Assembly: GCA_035353855.1 (NCBI GenBank)
Contig: DAOQAK010000002.1
Location: 10,967-74,966 of the forward strand
Direction of reading: 5' to 3'
Source: Bacteroidales bacterium
Lineage (GTDB): Bacteria > Bacteroidota > Bacteroidia > Bacteroidales > CG2-30-32-10
DNA length: 64,000 nt
Position numbers and translations under genes: made by a program. This document shows, one piece after another, positions 47,844 to 57,114 of the stretch. Under the pieces are notes generated by a model that was given only the letters and a program-made list of their open reading frames with translations, made no database searches and was not told where the DNA came from. How positions within the stretch are numbered: the first letter of the stretch is position 1; each line of letters starts with the position of its first letter.

Positions 47844-50800
47844 TTAATACTTCACAAACTTCAGTATTTTAAAATCATTATTGAAAGTGATACGGTAAAC
47901 GTACACTCCAAGATTTAGTTTGGATATATCATATTGAATTTTATTAAGGCCTTTATTAGCTTCACCTGAATAAACATGTTCAACCAGTTCACCTTTTTCT
48001 CCATATAAATCTACATCAACCTGGCCTTTAAAAGGAAGAATAAAGTTTATATTTATGATATCATTCGTTGGTGTTGGAAAAGGAATGAATGCAGTGAATT
48101 TATTTTTTATGGTAATGCATTCTTCATTATTTGAGGGGTTATCATCAGGATTTACATTAGGAATTTGAGCTTCAACACAGATATAATCGAAATTGTTTTC
48201 TTCAGAAATCGCAAACTGTGCATTAAATGTATAGGGTATTGAAGTTCCCGGTAATATTGGGTTTGTGTAATCCGACCATGATTCCATAAACATAGTTCCA
48301 CCAGCAGCTTTAGCATAAAGATACAATTCATATATCTTGCGTGTACCGTAATTCCATAAATCAGCGCTAACATTTATAAATCCATTTTGTTGATCGGTAA
48401 CTACATTTGTTACTCCTACATCTGCAGTAGTAGGTATAGAATATAATTCCTGATATGCTGTATCTGTGCAAAGAGCGCTGTTAGTAACAACAAGCATTAC
48501 ATTAAAGGTGTCAAGAGAGTTATATGTATGCTGTGGATTTAATAATGAACTTGATGTTCCATCGCCAAAATTCCAATAACTGCTTAGTGCATTAACAGAA
48601 TTATTAGTAAAGTTTACCGTGAATGGAGGCATTCCATAAAATTCATCAGGCAGAAATGATGCTGTTGGAATAGGGTTTACATGAATAGTAGCAGAAACAT
48701 TATCAGAGCATCCTGCATTTGAAGATACAGTGAGTGTAACAGGATAATCTCCTTCAGAAGTAAAAGTAACAGATGGATTTTCTTCATTAAATGTACCTAT
48801 ATTTTCAATTACCCACGACCATTGTGTGATTGAATCAGGTGGGAGTACAAAACTATTATCATCAAGAATATATGAATAAGATGCGCAAATACTATCCGGA
48901 GCAGTATAGTTAATTTCAGGTATTGAGTGAACTATTACATTTTCTGTATCACTTACAATGCATCCATTTATCGATTGTACAGTAAGAGAAACAGGAAAAG
49001 TTCCTGCTGAATCAAAAGTATAAACGGGGCTATTGATTGTATATGAATTTCCATCACCAAAGTCCCAGTTCTGGCTTACAATTCCTAAAACATCAACAGT
49101 TTCATTAGTAAAGTAAACGGGGTTTCCGTCACAAACATTAGTATAACTGAAATCTACCTTTGGTGCAAGCCTGATATGTATTTGTGCCGAGTCGGTAGCT
49201 GTGCAACCATATTCTGATTGGGCAGTAAGTATAACCCAATAATAACCTGTGCTGTCGTAGATATGTGAAGGATTTTTTATAGAAGATGTATTATTCGTAC
49301 TGTAAGGATCATTAAATTCCCATGTCCAGGTATCAATCTCTCCAAGAACATTTGTCGTTTTATCTGTAAATTGAAGTGGTACTCCCGAACATCCAATAAT
49401 TGGTGAAAATTTTGGTTTTGGTTTTGAGTAAACATATGCAGTATCAGTAATAGAGGCGCTACAACCTTTATTTGTAGAAACAGTAAGTGTTACAAGATGT
49501 TTTCCCGGTTCGGCAAATTGGTGAGTAGGGGAATTAAATATAGAAGTATCACCATCGCCAAAATCCCAATGACGATAATTAATAAAGGCAGGAGAAGGCA
49601 CGGTTGACAGATTGGTAAATGCAGTTGTAAATGGTTCGCATCCTGCCGTTGCACTGAAAGCTGCAAATGGTTTTTGACCGGGTGCAGAAACTGCAACCAC
49701 ATCACTTACCTTGCACCCCCGATGATTATAGCTTGTTAAACTTAAATTATGACTACCTGTCCCAACCCACGAAATAGGCACAATATAGTATGGAGTTGTA
49801 TAATGTGAAGTGCCGTCGTACCAATCATAAGAAGTAATTAAACTTGTATCGATAGCAGGAAATACAGTATCATCCGAACAGATACTTGCAGTTGATGCAC
49901 CTAATAAATCCATAAGAGGGAAGCTATCGGCATACATTGTAATTAATCTGGTGGCAGAGCAACCAACAGTATCAAATACATGAAGCATTACGCTATCTCC
50001 TGCATGGATTATATAAGAATCACCATTTATAGTATCGTTTTGCCATTCCCACATCACACTATAAGGTGAACCCATTCCCGTGTGAAGAGTAGTGCTATCA
50101 CCAAGGCATAAAGTATCATTGGTATTAATGTTTAATATAGGTTTATGAACGATAATAGTATCGCTTGAAGTAAAACCAAATCCATCAACTACGTCAACCC
50201 AAACGGTATCTCCTGAATTTACTAATATTTTAGAAGTTGTATCACCAGTATTCCATAAATAACTTACAAAACGGTTACCAGCATCAATAGTATCTACACA
50301 AAAGTTATTAACCCAGATGTCAGATTCAAGATTAACAGGAGGAAAATATTTATACCGTAAATAATCCTCGACATTTTGTCTTTCATTATCAGCGAGGGCT
50401 TTGTTGTAGATAATTATATCTGCAATATAGCCCGATAAATAATAATTTAAACCAGTCTCGCTACCAATTACCCAGTTCCAAGTATTGCTATATGTAGGGA
50501 AACTTGCATCATAAACAGTTCTAATGAAGCTGCCATTGCAATATATATTCCATCCTGTGGTTGATTTAATAAATGATAAAATATAAAAATTATTTACTAA
50601 AATAAAATTAGAATTTCCTAAATCTACATTTGCATTGCTTCCTGCCCATCCTATTCCATCAACTGCATCAGAACCAACAGCCAATGCCCATCTTGCTCCA
50701 GTACTTTGAGAAGAACCGAGGAAAATTTCATAAGTATTCTTACTGGTGCCAGTAGAAATAACAGTAAAAAAAGAATATTCGGTTGAAGATAATAATGGAA

Positions 50801-53201
50801 AAGAAAGACTATTGCTCGAGCCATTAAAACTTATAGCAGGTTTATTATTTAAAAGAGAAATACTATTATTGTAAATTGGCTGGTTTGAAGAGTTTGATTG
50901 AGTGGCATTGTTGCCATTACCGGAACAATCATCCCATATAGTTACATTTGAACCTGAAAGATGGATTGTAGCAGCAGAATCAGCACGTAACCATAAATCC
51001 AATCCGGTTATGGAGTTTAGTGAAAAAATACTGAATAATAAAGCAGGTGTTATAATATAATCGCCACATAATCCATAGGCTGTTACACGCCAATAATATT
51101 TACCATAAGCATTTAAGTTTAGTTGTAATGTATTTTGAATTAGATTGGGGATACTTATAACGTTTGTTGTGAAAGTAGAATCTGTTGAATATTGCAAGGT
51201 ATAAGATGTTGCGTTTTCTGAAGTGTTCCATGAAAAATTGATATTATTATCGGTAGTTGTAAAATCATTAGATGGCAGGTACAGGGTAAAAGGCATAGGT
51301 GAAGGGGCATTGTCAACCACAGTTATCTGGTTTTGTATGCTGGAGGTGCAGCCTGAATCAGTAACTATGGTAAGGGTAATAATATAAGTATTTGCCGAGG
51401 TAAAAGTATGTGTTGGGTTAGTGTCGGTTGAATGAACAGTTCCATCGCCAAAATCCCAGTCCCACGAAATGATGTTGCCTTCGGGTGATGTGCTTTGGTC
51501 ATAAAAGGTATAAGGGTTATTGATACATGCTGATGAAACGGTAAAGGAGGGTATAGGGGTATAAGGTATATGGGTTTCTTTCGTTAAAGAATTACTGCAT
51601 GAACCATCATATACAGTCAGTTTTACATTGTAATTACCCCCGTTTGAAAATATGTGTGAAGGGTTTTCGCTGGTAGATGTTTGCCCATCGCCAAAATCCC
51701 AAAGCCAAGAAGTACCAGCGGGCGAGGAATTATTGGAAAATAGCGTCGCTTCGGTTGAACATCCGGTATTAGTGCTAAAATTAACATTTGGTGCAGTGCC
51801 AATTATAGTAACATTTATATTATCTGTTGCTTTACATCCGCTGCTATCAGTAACTGTAACACTATAAATTCCAGAGTCTGTAATAGTAATTTCGGGAGTA
51901 GTTTCCATGGTTGACCAGTTATAAGTTAATCCCGAAGGTAAAGGCGAGGGTGAAATAAGCCCAATGGTATTACCTGAGCAAATATTTTTATCAGGACCAA
52001 GGCTGGCAATTGCCGGAAAATCATCTTCGGTAACATATATAGTTGGCGAAACCGCCGAACATAATGAATCATCAGTTACAGTTACACTATAATTACCCGG
52101 AGTGCTTACATTAATAGTAGGTGAGGTTAATCCACCAGTCCAGTTATAAGTATAACTTCCAATCAAACCTGTTGATAATACTATACTATTTCCAGAACAG
52201 AATGAAGTATCATTAAGTGTTATTAAAGGATATGATACATTTAATGTATCATGTGATTTATATCCAAAAGCATCTGTCACTTCGACCCAATATGTACCTG
52301 ATGAATCAACATTAATGGATTGTGTTGTTGTGCCGGTAGACCAAAGATAAGAAGAAAACCAGTCTCCAGCATTAAGAGTGTAATTGCAAAATTTATTTAA
52401 AATAGTATCTTTTCCTAAGTTAACAGGAGGAAAATATTTATACCGTAAATAATCCTCGACATTTTGTCTTTCATTATCAGCGAGGGCTTTGTTGTAGATA
52501 ATTATATCTGCAATATAGCCCGATAAATAATAATTTAAACCAGTCTCGCTACCAATTACCCAGTTCCAAGTATTGCTATATGTAGGGAAACTTGCATCAT
52601 AAACAGTTCTAATGAAGCTGCCATTGCAATATATATTCCATCCTGTGGTTGATTTAATAAATGATAAAATATAAAAATTATTTACTAAAATAAAATTAGA
52701 ATTTCCTAAATCTACATTTGCATTGCTTCCTGCCCATCCTATTCCATCAACTGCATCAGAACCAACAGCCAATGCCCATCTTGCTCCAGTACTTTGAGAA
52801 GAACCGAGGAAAATTTCATAAGTATTCTTACTGGTGCCAGTAGAAATAACAGTAAAAAAAGAATATTCGGTTGAAGATAATAATGGAAAAGAAAGACTAT
52901 TGCTCGAGCCATTAAAACTTATAGCAGGTTTATTATTTAAAAGAGAAATACTATTATTGTAAATTGGCTGGTTTGAAGAGTTTGATTGAGTGGCATTGTT
53001 GCCATTACCGGAACAATCATCCCATATAGTTACATTTGAACCTGAAAGATGGATTGTAGCAGCAGAATCAGCACGTAACCATAATTGTAAACCAGTTATG
53101 TCTTTTGGCGTAATATTTTGACTATAACAAAAATTTATTATGCCCTGAAAGATCAAAGTAAAGAAAAAAAAATATATTTTCAATTGTTGGAATAATTTCA
53201 T
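47844..53201 (-). CDS. Large T9SS-secreted protein: two identical LamG-like domains, multiple PKD domains, C-terminal CARDB-like region and CTD
   Basis: LWLRADS...IADIIIYNKAL twice; many WDFGDG PKD motifs; PFPTPT...LKFVKY tail. Confidence 0.85.
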   Translation of the reverse strand: MKLFQQLKIYFFFFTLIFQGIINFCYSQNITPKDITGLQLWLRADSAATIHLSGSNVTIWDDCSGNGNNATQSNSSNQPIYNNSISLLNNKPAISFNGSSNSLSFPLLSSTEYSFFTVISTGTSKNTYEIFLGSSQSTGARWALAVGSDAVDGIGWAGSNANVDLGNSNFILVNNFYILSFIKSTTGWNIYCNGSFIRTVYDASFPTYSNTWNWVIGSETGLNYYLSGYIADIIIYNKALADNERQNVEDYLRYKYFPPVNLGKDTILNKFCNYTLNAGDWFSSYLWSTGTTTQSINVDSSGTYWVEVTDAFGYKSHDTLNVSYPLITLNDTSFCSGNSIVLSTGLIGSYTYNWTGGLTSPTINVSTPGNYSVTVTDDSLCSAVSPTIYVTEDDFPAIASLGPDKNICSGNTIGLISPSPLPSGLTYNWSTMETTPEITITDSGIYSVTVTDSSGCKATDNINVTIIGTAPNVNFSTNTGCSTEATLFSNNSSPAGTSWLWDFGDGQTSTSENPSHIFSNGGNYNVKLTVYDGSCSNSLTKETHIPYTPIPSFTVSSACINNPYTFYDQSTSPEGNIISWDWDFGDGTVHSTDTNPTHTFTSANTYIITLTIVTDSGCTSSIQNQITVVDNAPSPMPFTLYLPSNDFTTTDNNINFSWNTSENATSYTLQYSTDSTFTTNVISIPNLIQNTLQLNLNAYGKYYWRVTAYGLCGDYIITPALLFSIFSLNSITGLDLWLRADSAATIHLSGSNVTIWDDCSGNGNNATQSNSSNQPIYNNSISLLNNKPAISFNGSSNSLSFPLLSSTEYSFFTVISTGTSKNTYEIFLGSSQSTGARWALAVGSDAVDGIGWAGSNANVDLGNSNFILVNNFYILSFIKSTTGWNIYCNGSFIRTVYDASFPTYSNTWNWVIGSETGLNYYLSGYIADIIIYNKALADNERQNVEDYLRYKYFPPVNLESDIWVNNFCVDTIDAGNRFVSYLWNTGDTTSKILVNSGDTVWVDVVDGFGFTSSDTIIVHKPILNINTNDTLCLGDSTTLHTGMGSPYSVMWEWQNDTINGDSYIIHAGDSVMLHVFDTVGCSATRLITMYADSFPLMDLLGASTASICSDDTVFPAIDTSLITSYDWYDGTSHYTTPYYIVPISWVGTGSHNLSLTSYNHRGCKVSDVVAVSAPGQKPFAAFSATAGCEPFTTAFTNLSTVPSPAFINYRHWDFGDGDTSIFNSPTHQFAEPGKHLVTLTVSTNKGCSASITDTAYVYSKPKPKFSPIIGCSGVPLQFTDKTTNVLGEIDTWTWEFNDPYSTNNTSSIKNPSHIYDSTGYYWVILTAQSEYGCTATDSAQIHIRLAPKVDFSYTNVCDGNPVYFTNETVDVLGIVSQNWDFGDGNSYTINSPVYTFDSAGTFPVSLTVQSINGCIVSDTENVIVHSIPEINYTAPDSICASYSYILDDNSFVLPPDSITQWSWVIENIGTFNEENPSVTFTSEGDYPVTLTVSSNAGCSDNVSATIHVNPIPTASFLPDEFYGMPPFTVNFTNNSVNALSSYWNFGDGTSSSLLNPQHTYNSLDTFNVMLVVTNSALCTDTAYQELYSIPTTADVGVTNVVTDQQNGFINVSADLWNYGTRKIYELYLYAKAAGGTMFMESWSDYTNPILPGTSIPYTFNAQFAISEENNFDYICVEAQIPNVNPDDNPSNNEECITIKNKFTAFIPFPTPTNDIININFILPFKGQVDVDLYGEKGELVEHVYSGEANKGLNKIQYDISKLNLGVYVYRITFNNDFKILKFVKY
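50332..50996. repeat. 665-bp intragenic repeat, copy B
   Basis: Line-by-line reading shows no mismatch versus 52420-53084 (offset 2088). Confidence 0.9.
52420..53084. repeat. 665-bp intragenic repeat, copy A
   Basis: Identical to 50332-50996. Confidence 0.9.
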
Positions 53202-53227
53202 TAAATATTATTACTAATTATATAATG

Positions 53228-53235
53228 CAAATATA
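53228..53235 (-). promoter_or_regulatory. -7 promoter box for the 1785-aa gene
   Basis: TATATTTG on the minus strand 26 nt upstream of the ATG. Confidence 0.55.
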
Positions 53236-53349
53236 GGAAGTTTTCGTATCAACTGCAAGCATAGTTTAGTATTATTATCCCATATTTCAATCTGTTTCAT
53301 TTCTGTTTTCGCATAAAGCTGCAAAGCCTTTCTAATTCTTTTAATTTTT

Positions 53350-53450
53350 GCTTATGTCTTACGACTTGCTACTTGGGACTTGTTACTTACGACTTACTAC
53401 TTGCTACTTGTGTCTTGCTACTTGTGTCTTGCTACTTGTGTCTTGTGTCT
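53350..53450. repeat. Degenerate heptamer array (14 units, consensus WCTTRNN)
   Basis: GCTTATG TCTTACG ACTTGCT ACTTGGG ACTTGTT ACTTACG ACTTACT ACTTGCT ACTTGTG TCTTGCT ACTTGTG TCTTGCT ACTTGTG TCTTGTG. Confidence 0.9.
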
Positions 53451-53621
53451 CCACCACCTGACTATTGCCCAAACCAGTTGCTCAACCTAAAAACCAATGT
53501 ACATTGAAGGTATAGAGGTATAAGGGGAATAGGGGTATATGGTATAAACATTAAATAAATCTGAAAATTCAATATTGAGTATTGGACATTGGATATTGAA
53601 AAAGTTATTGGTTGAAAGGTG

Positions 53622-53840
53622 TAGCAGCTAGTCAGGGCTGATGTCAATGGTCATAAGTGACCTAATCACTTTTAACTATTGACTAAACCAGCTGCCACAA
53701 ACCAAAAACATAAATCCATTTTTTCAATTTAATATTTACTATTTGCTATCATCAATCCGCCGTGGCGGAGCTATATAGAATGTCAAAGGTTGATGGGTGT
53801 GGCGACTATCCAAGTCAATAGTCAAATGGTTATAGTATTA
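53622..53840 (+). repeat. 219-bp direct repeat, copy 1 (spans hairpin unit 1, TCCGCC-GT-GGCGGA spacer and half of unit 2)
   Basis: 3 mismatches versus 55113-55331 (offset 1491). Confidence 0.9.
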
Positions 53841-54101
53841 CCATCATTAATAAATAACATTTGCCCAAATCCGCTGCCACAAACCAAAAACATAAAACCA
53901 TTTTTTCAATTTACTATTTGCAATCATCTATATACCATATTTCCGTATATACTATTCCCCATTAAACCTATCAGGATTCAGTATAAATAATTTAATCAAA
54001 CAATAATGATTAATTTTGATTTTATATATTTGTTATCATTAATTTTTCTATCATATATTTTTATTCGTTAATTTTAGGAACTATTTAAATTTTATCTTTT
54101 A

Positions 54102-54419
54102 ATGCAAAAAGCTCATGGAAATAAAAATGATATTTTAAAATTATCTGCTCATTTATTTTGGGATGTTGACAGGAATAATATTGATTTTAATAAAAATAAA
54201 AAATTTATTGTTCAGAGAGTGTTGGAATATGGACTATTATGTGACTGGCAAATAATATATTCATATTATGGCATTGATGATATTGCAAAAACAGCAATAA
54301 CTATAAAAGATATTGATAAAAAATCGCTGGCTTTTATTGCATTATTATCAAAAATACCTAAAGAAAAATTTTTATGTTACACTACAATGCAGTTGATGCC
54401 GCAACACTGGAACTTTTAA
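54102..54419 (+). CDS. DUF6922-family protein (type IV TA partner)
   Basis: LSAHLFWDVD, FIVQRVLEYG, DWQII; overlaps the downstream nucleotidyltransferase by 46 bp; TATATTTG box at 54025-54032. Confidence 0.75.
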   Translation: MQKAHGNKNDILKLSAHLFWDVDRNNIDFNKNKKFIVQRVLEYGLLCDWQIIYSYYGIDDIAKTAITIKDIDKKSLAFIALLSKIPKEKFLCYTTMQLMPQHWNF

Positions 54420-54997
54420 AAAGCCTGCAAAAACTTCCTGTCTTTTCCGAATTACGTCTTGTGGGAGGTACATCATTAGCTTTACAAATAGGTCATCGTA
54501 AATCCATTGATTTGGATTTGTTTGGAAACATTCAAAGTGATGAACTTGAAATTAATAAAAATTTAAAAAAATTGGGTTCTGTTAAACTGATAAATAAAAC
54601 AGAAAATATTTATGTTTATCTTATTAATGATATTAAAATTGACATTGTTAATTATCATTATAAATGGCTTCAAAAGCCGTTGATTTCAGGTGAAATAATA
54701 CTGGCAGGGAAAAAAGATATTGCTGCAATGAAATTATCTGCCATTACAGGAAGAGGTACAAAAAAAGATTTTATTGATATTTACTTTTTACTTCAAAAAT
54801 TCAACATGGATGAGATGCTTTATTTATATAAACAAAAATTTTATGATGGCTCTGAATTTCTTGTTTTAAAAAGTTTAGCTTATTTTGATGATGCAGATAC
54901 AGAACAGTGTCCGGTGATGTTAAAGCCGATAGATTGGCAAAAGGTAAAAAGTAAAATCAGTAAAGAGATAGAAAAATATGTAAAAAATAAATATTGA
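54374..54997 (+). CDS. AbiEii/AbiGii-family nucleotidyltransferase toxin
   Basis: RLVGGTSLALQIGHRKSIDLDLF, IAAMKLSAITGRGTKKDFIDIYFL. Confidence 0.88.
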   Translation: MLHYNAVDAATLELLKSLQKLPVFSELRLVGGTSLALQIGHRKSIDLDLFGNIQSDELEINKNLKKLGSVKLINKTENIYVYLINDIKIDIVNYHYKWLQKPLISGEIILAGKKDIAAMKLSAITGRGTKKDFIDIYFLLQKFNMDEMLYLYKQKFYDGSEFLVLKSLAYFDDADTEQCPVMLKPIDWQKVKSKISKEIEKYVKNKY

Positions 54998-55112
54998 TGA
55001 ATGAAGATGTAAAAGCGCAAATGTAAAATTGAAGTAAAAAAATAAAATTACCATTATTCATTTTCAATTATCCATCCGTGGCGCTATATTAAATGTCAAA
55101 GGTTGATGGGCA

Positions 55113-55331
55113 TAGCAGCTAGTCTGGGCTAATGTCAATGGTCATAAGTGACCTAATCACTTTTAACTATTGACTAAACCAGCTGCCACAAACCAAAAAC
55201 ATAAATCCATTTTTTCAATTTAATATTTACTATTTGCTATCATCAATCCGCCGTGGCGGAGCTATATAGAATGTCAAAGGTTGATGGGTGTGGCGACTAG
55301 CCAAGTCAATAGTCAAATGGTTATAGTATTA
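55113..55331 (+). repeat. 219-bp direct repeat, copy 2
   Basis: Matches 53622-53840; followed by further hairpin units to 55528. Confidence 0.9.
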
Positions 55332-55796
55332 ACCCCATCAACAAAAAACATATAACCGAGCTTGTTGCCATCAACCTACAACCAATCCGCCTTGGCGGAC
55401 ATCAATTTACTATTTTCTATAAAAAGGTCAAAGGTTGATGGGTGTAGCGACTAGCCAAGTCAAAGGTCAAAGGGTTATAGTATAACCACCGTTAACGAAA
55501 AAAATTTACCTAAACCAGCTGCCCAACCCTAAAACCACTAAAGTTTTAGAAGGTATAGGGGTATAGGGATATATTGACATAGACAAACTTACTCTTCGCG
55601 ACTTTGCAACTCCGCGTGAAATAAAAAGATTCAGTCCGCAGTCTTTAGTTGGCAATATACTACTAATGACTATGAATGACAACAAATGACTATGAATGAC
55701 GACGAAGCAATTTAATGATATGGCTTTATAAAAATTTCAATATTTTTTATTAATTTTGAAATTTACCATTTACCATTATCAATTTTACGTAATAAG

Positions 55797-57107
55797 ATGT
55801 CTGATACTGTAATTCAGGTTGAAAATTTAAGCAAACAATACCGTTTAGGGATAGTGGGAGCAACAACTATTTCCGACGATATAAGAAGATATTGGGCTAA
55901 AATAAGAGGCAAAGATGACCCAACGCTTAGAATAGGCCAGGTAAATACTTTAAATAAAATTCAGAATTCAGAATTCAGTTCCGATAAGTATCGGAATCAG
56001 AATTATGTTTGGGCACTGAAGGATATTAATTTTGAAGTTAAGCAGGGCGAAGTTCTTGGAATTATAGGTAAAAATGGTGCAGGTAAATCAACACTGTTAA
56101 AAATATTATCGAAAGTAACGGGTCCTACTACAGGTAATGTAAAGGTGAAAGGCCGTATAGCTTCATTGCTTGAAGTAGGTACGGGTTTTCATGGAGAGCT
56201 TACAGGAAGGGAAAATATTTTCTTAAATGGAGCCATATTGGGAATGACCAAAGCAGAGATAAAAGGCAAATTTGATGAGATAGTTGATTTTTCGGGTATA
56301 GAACGTTATATCGATACTCCTGTTAAACGTTATTCGAGTGGAATGTATGTGCGCTTGGCTTTCGCAGTTGCTGCACATCTTGAACCGGAAATATTAATAT
56401 TAGATGAAGTATTAGCAGTAGGAGATGCTGAGTTTCAAAAAAAATGCTTAGGTAAAATAGGGGATGCAGCGAAAGGGGGGCGAACAATAATATTTGTTAG
56501 TCATAATATAGGTGCAATAAGACAACTGTGCTCAAATAGCATATTACTAACTTCAGGTGAGATTGAAGCACAGGGTACAACAAGTGAGATTTGTGATTTA
56601 TACTTAAATAAAACGAATATTTCTGAAGGCAAAGCAGAAATTAAATTTCAAGAAAACTTGAATAAAGAGTTTCAATTATTGGTATTAAAGTTAATGAATA
56701 AAGAATCAGAAATTATTAATAATTTTTCCTGTGATGAGGATATTTATATAGATATGATTTGTGTTTCCAGGAAACCTGTTCCCGGTTTATATGGAGCATT
56801 ATTAATATATAATAATGATGGAATTCATGTTTTGATGTCAGATACTTTCGATATAGGAGAGAATATATTTGATAAATTATCTTCAGGGAATTATAATATT
56901 CGTATAAAAATTCCATCCCGAACTTTAGGACATGGATCATATAAAGTAATGATAAACTTTACCAGTTCGCAAAGTTTTAATAATTTTTGGATTGACACAC
57001 ATGAATGTGCAGCCTCTTTCCGTATTGACGATATAACCACAGATAGAGGTAATCATAGAGCAGGTTATTTTAGTACTTTGCTTAAATGGGAAACAAATAA
57101 ATTATAA
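55797..57107 (+). CDS. wzt: Polysaccharide ABC exporter ATPase Wzt with C-terminal Wzt-C domain
   Basis: GKNGAGKST, GFHGELTGRENIFLNG, YSSGMYVRLAF, DEVLAVGD; ~170-aa C-terminal extension. Confidence 0.92.
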   Translation: MSDTVIQVENLSKQYRLGIVGATTISDDIRRYWAKIRGKDDPTLRIGQVNTLNKIQNSEFSSDKYRNQNYVWALKDINFEVKQGEVLGIIGKNGAGKSTLLKILSKVTGPTTGNVKVKGRIASLLEVGTGFHGELTGRENIFLNGAILGMTKAEIKGKFDEIVDFSGIERYIDTPVKRYSSGMYVRLAFAVAAHLEPEILILDEVLAVGDAEFQKKCLGKIGDAAKGGRTIIFVSHNIGAIRQLCSNSILLTSGEIEAQGTTSEICDLYLNKTNISEGKAEIKFQENLNKEFQLLVLKLMNKESEIINNFSCDEDIYIDMICVSRKPVPGLYGALLIYNNDGIHVLMSDTFDIGENIFDKLSSGNYNIRIKIPSRTLGHGSYKVMINFTSSQSFNNFWIDTHECAASFRIDDITTDRGNHRAGYFSTLLKWETNKL

Positions 57108-57114
57108 AATATGT

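Noticed and set aside
50332-53084. Diversity-generating retroelement TR/VR pair
   Set aside because: Copies are identical with no adenine-specific differences, far longer than a typical TR/VR, and no reverse transcriptase is in the window.
53462-53990. Small ORFs 53462-53647 and 53790-53990
   Set aside because: They lie in repeat DNA with low-complexity translations; the 53790 ORF is not preserved in the second repeat copy beyond the shared segment.
53460-55528. CRISPR array or integron attC array
   Set aside because: No constant short repeat with unique spacers and no cas genes. Units run GTT...AAC, the opposite of the attC RYYYAAC...GTTRRRY arrangement, and no integrase is present.
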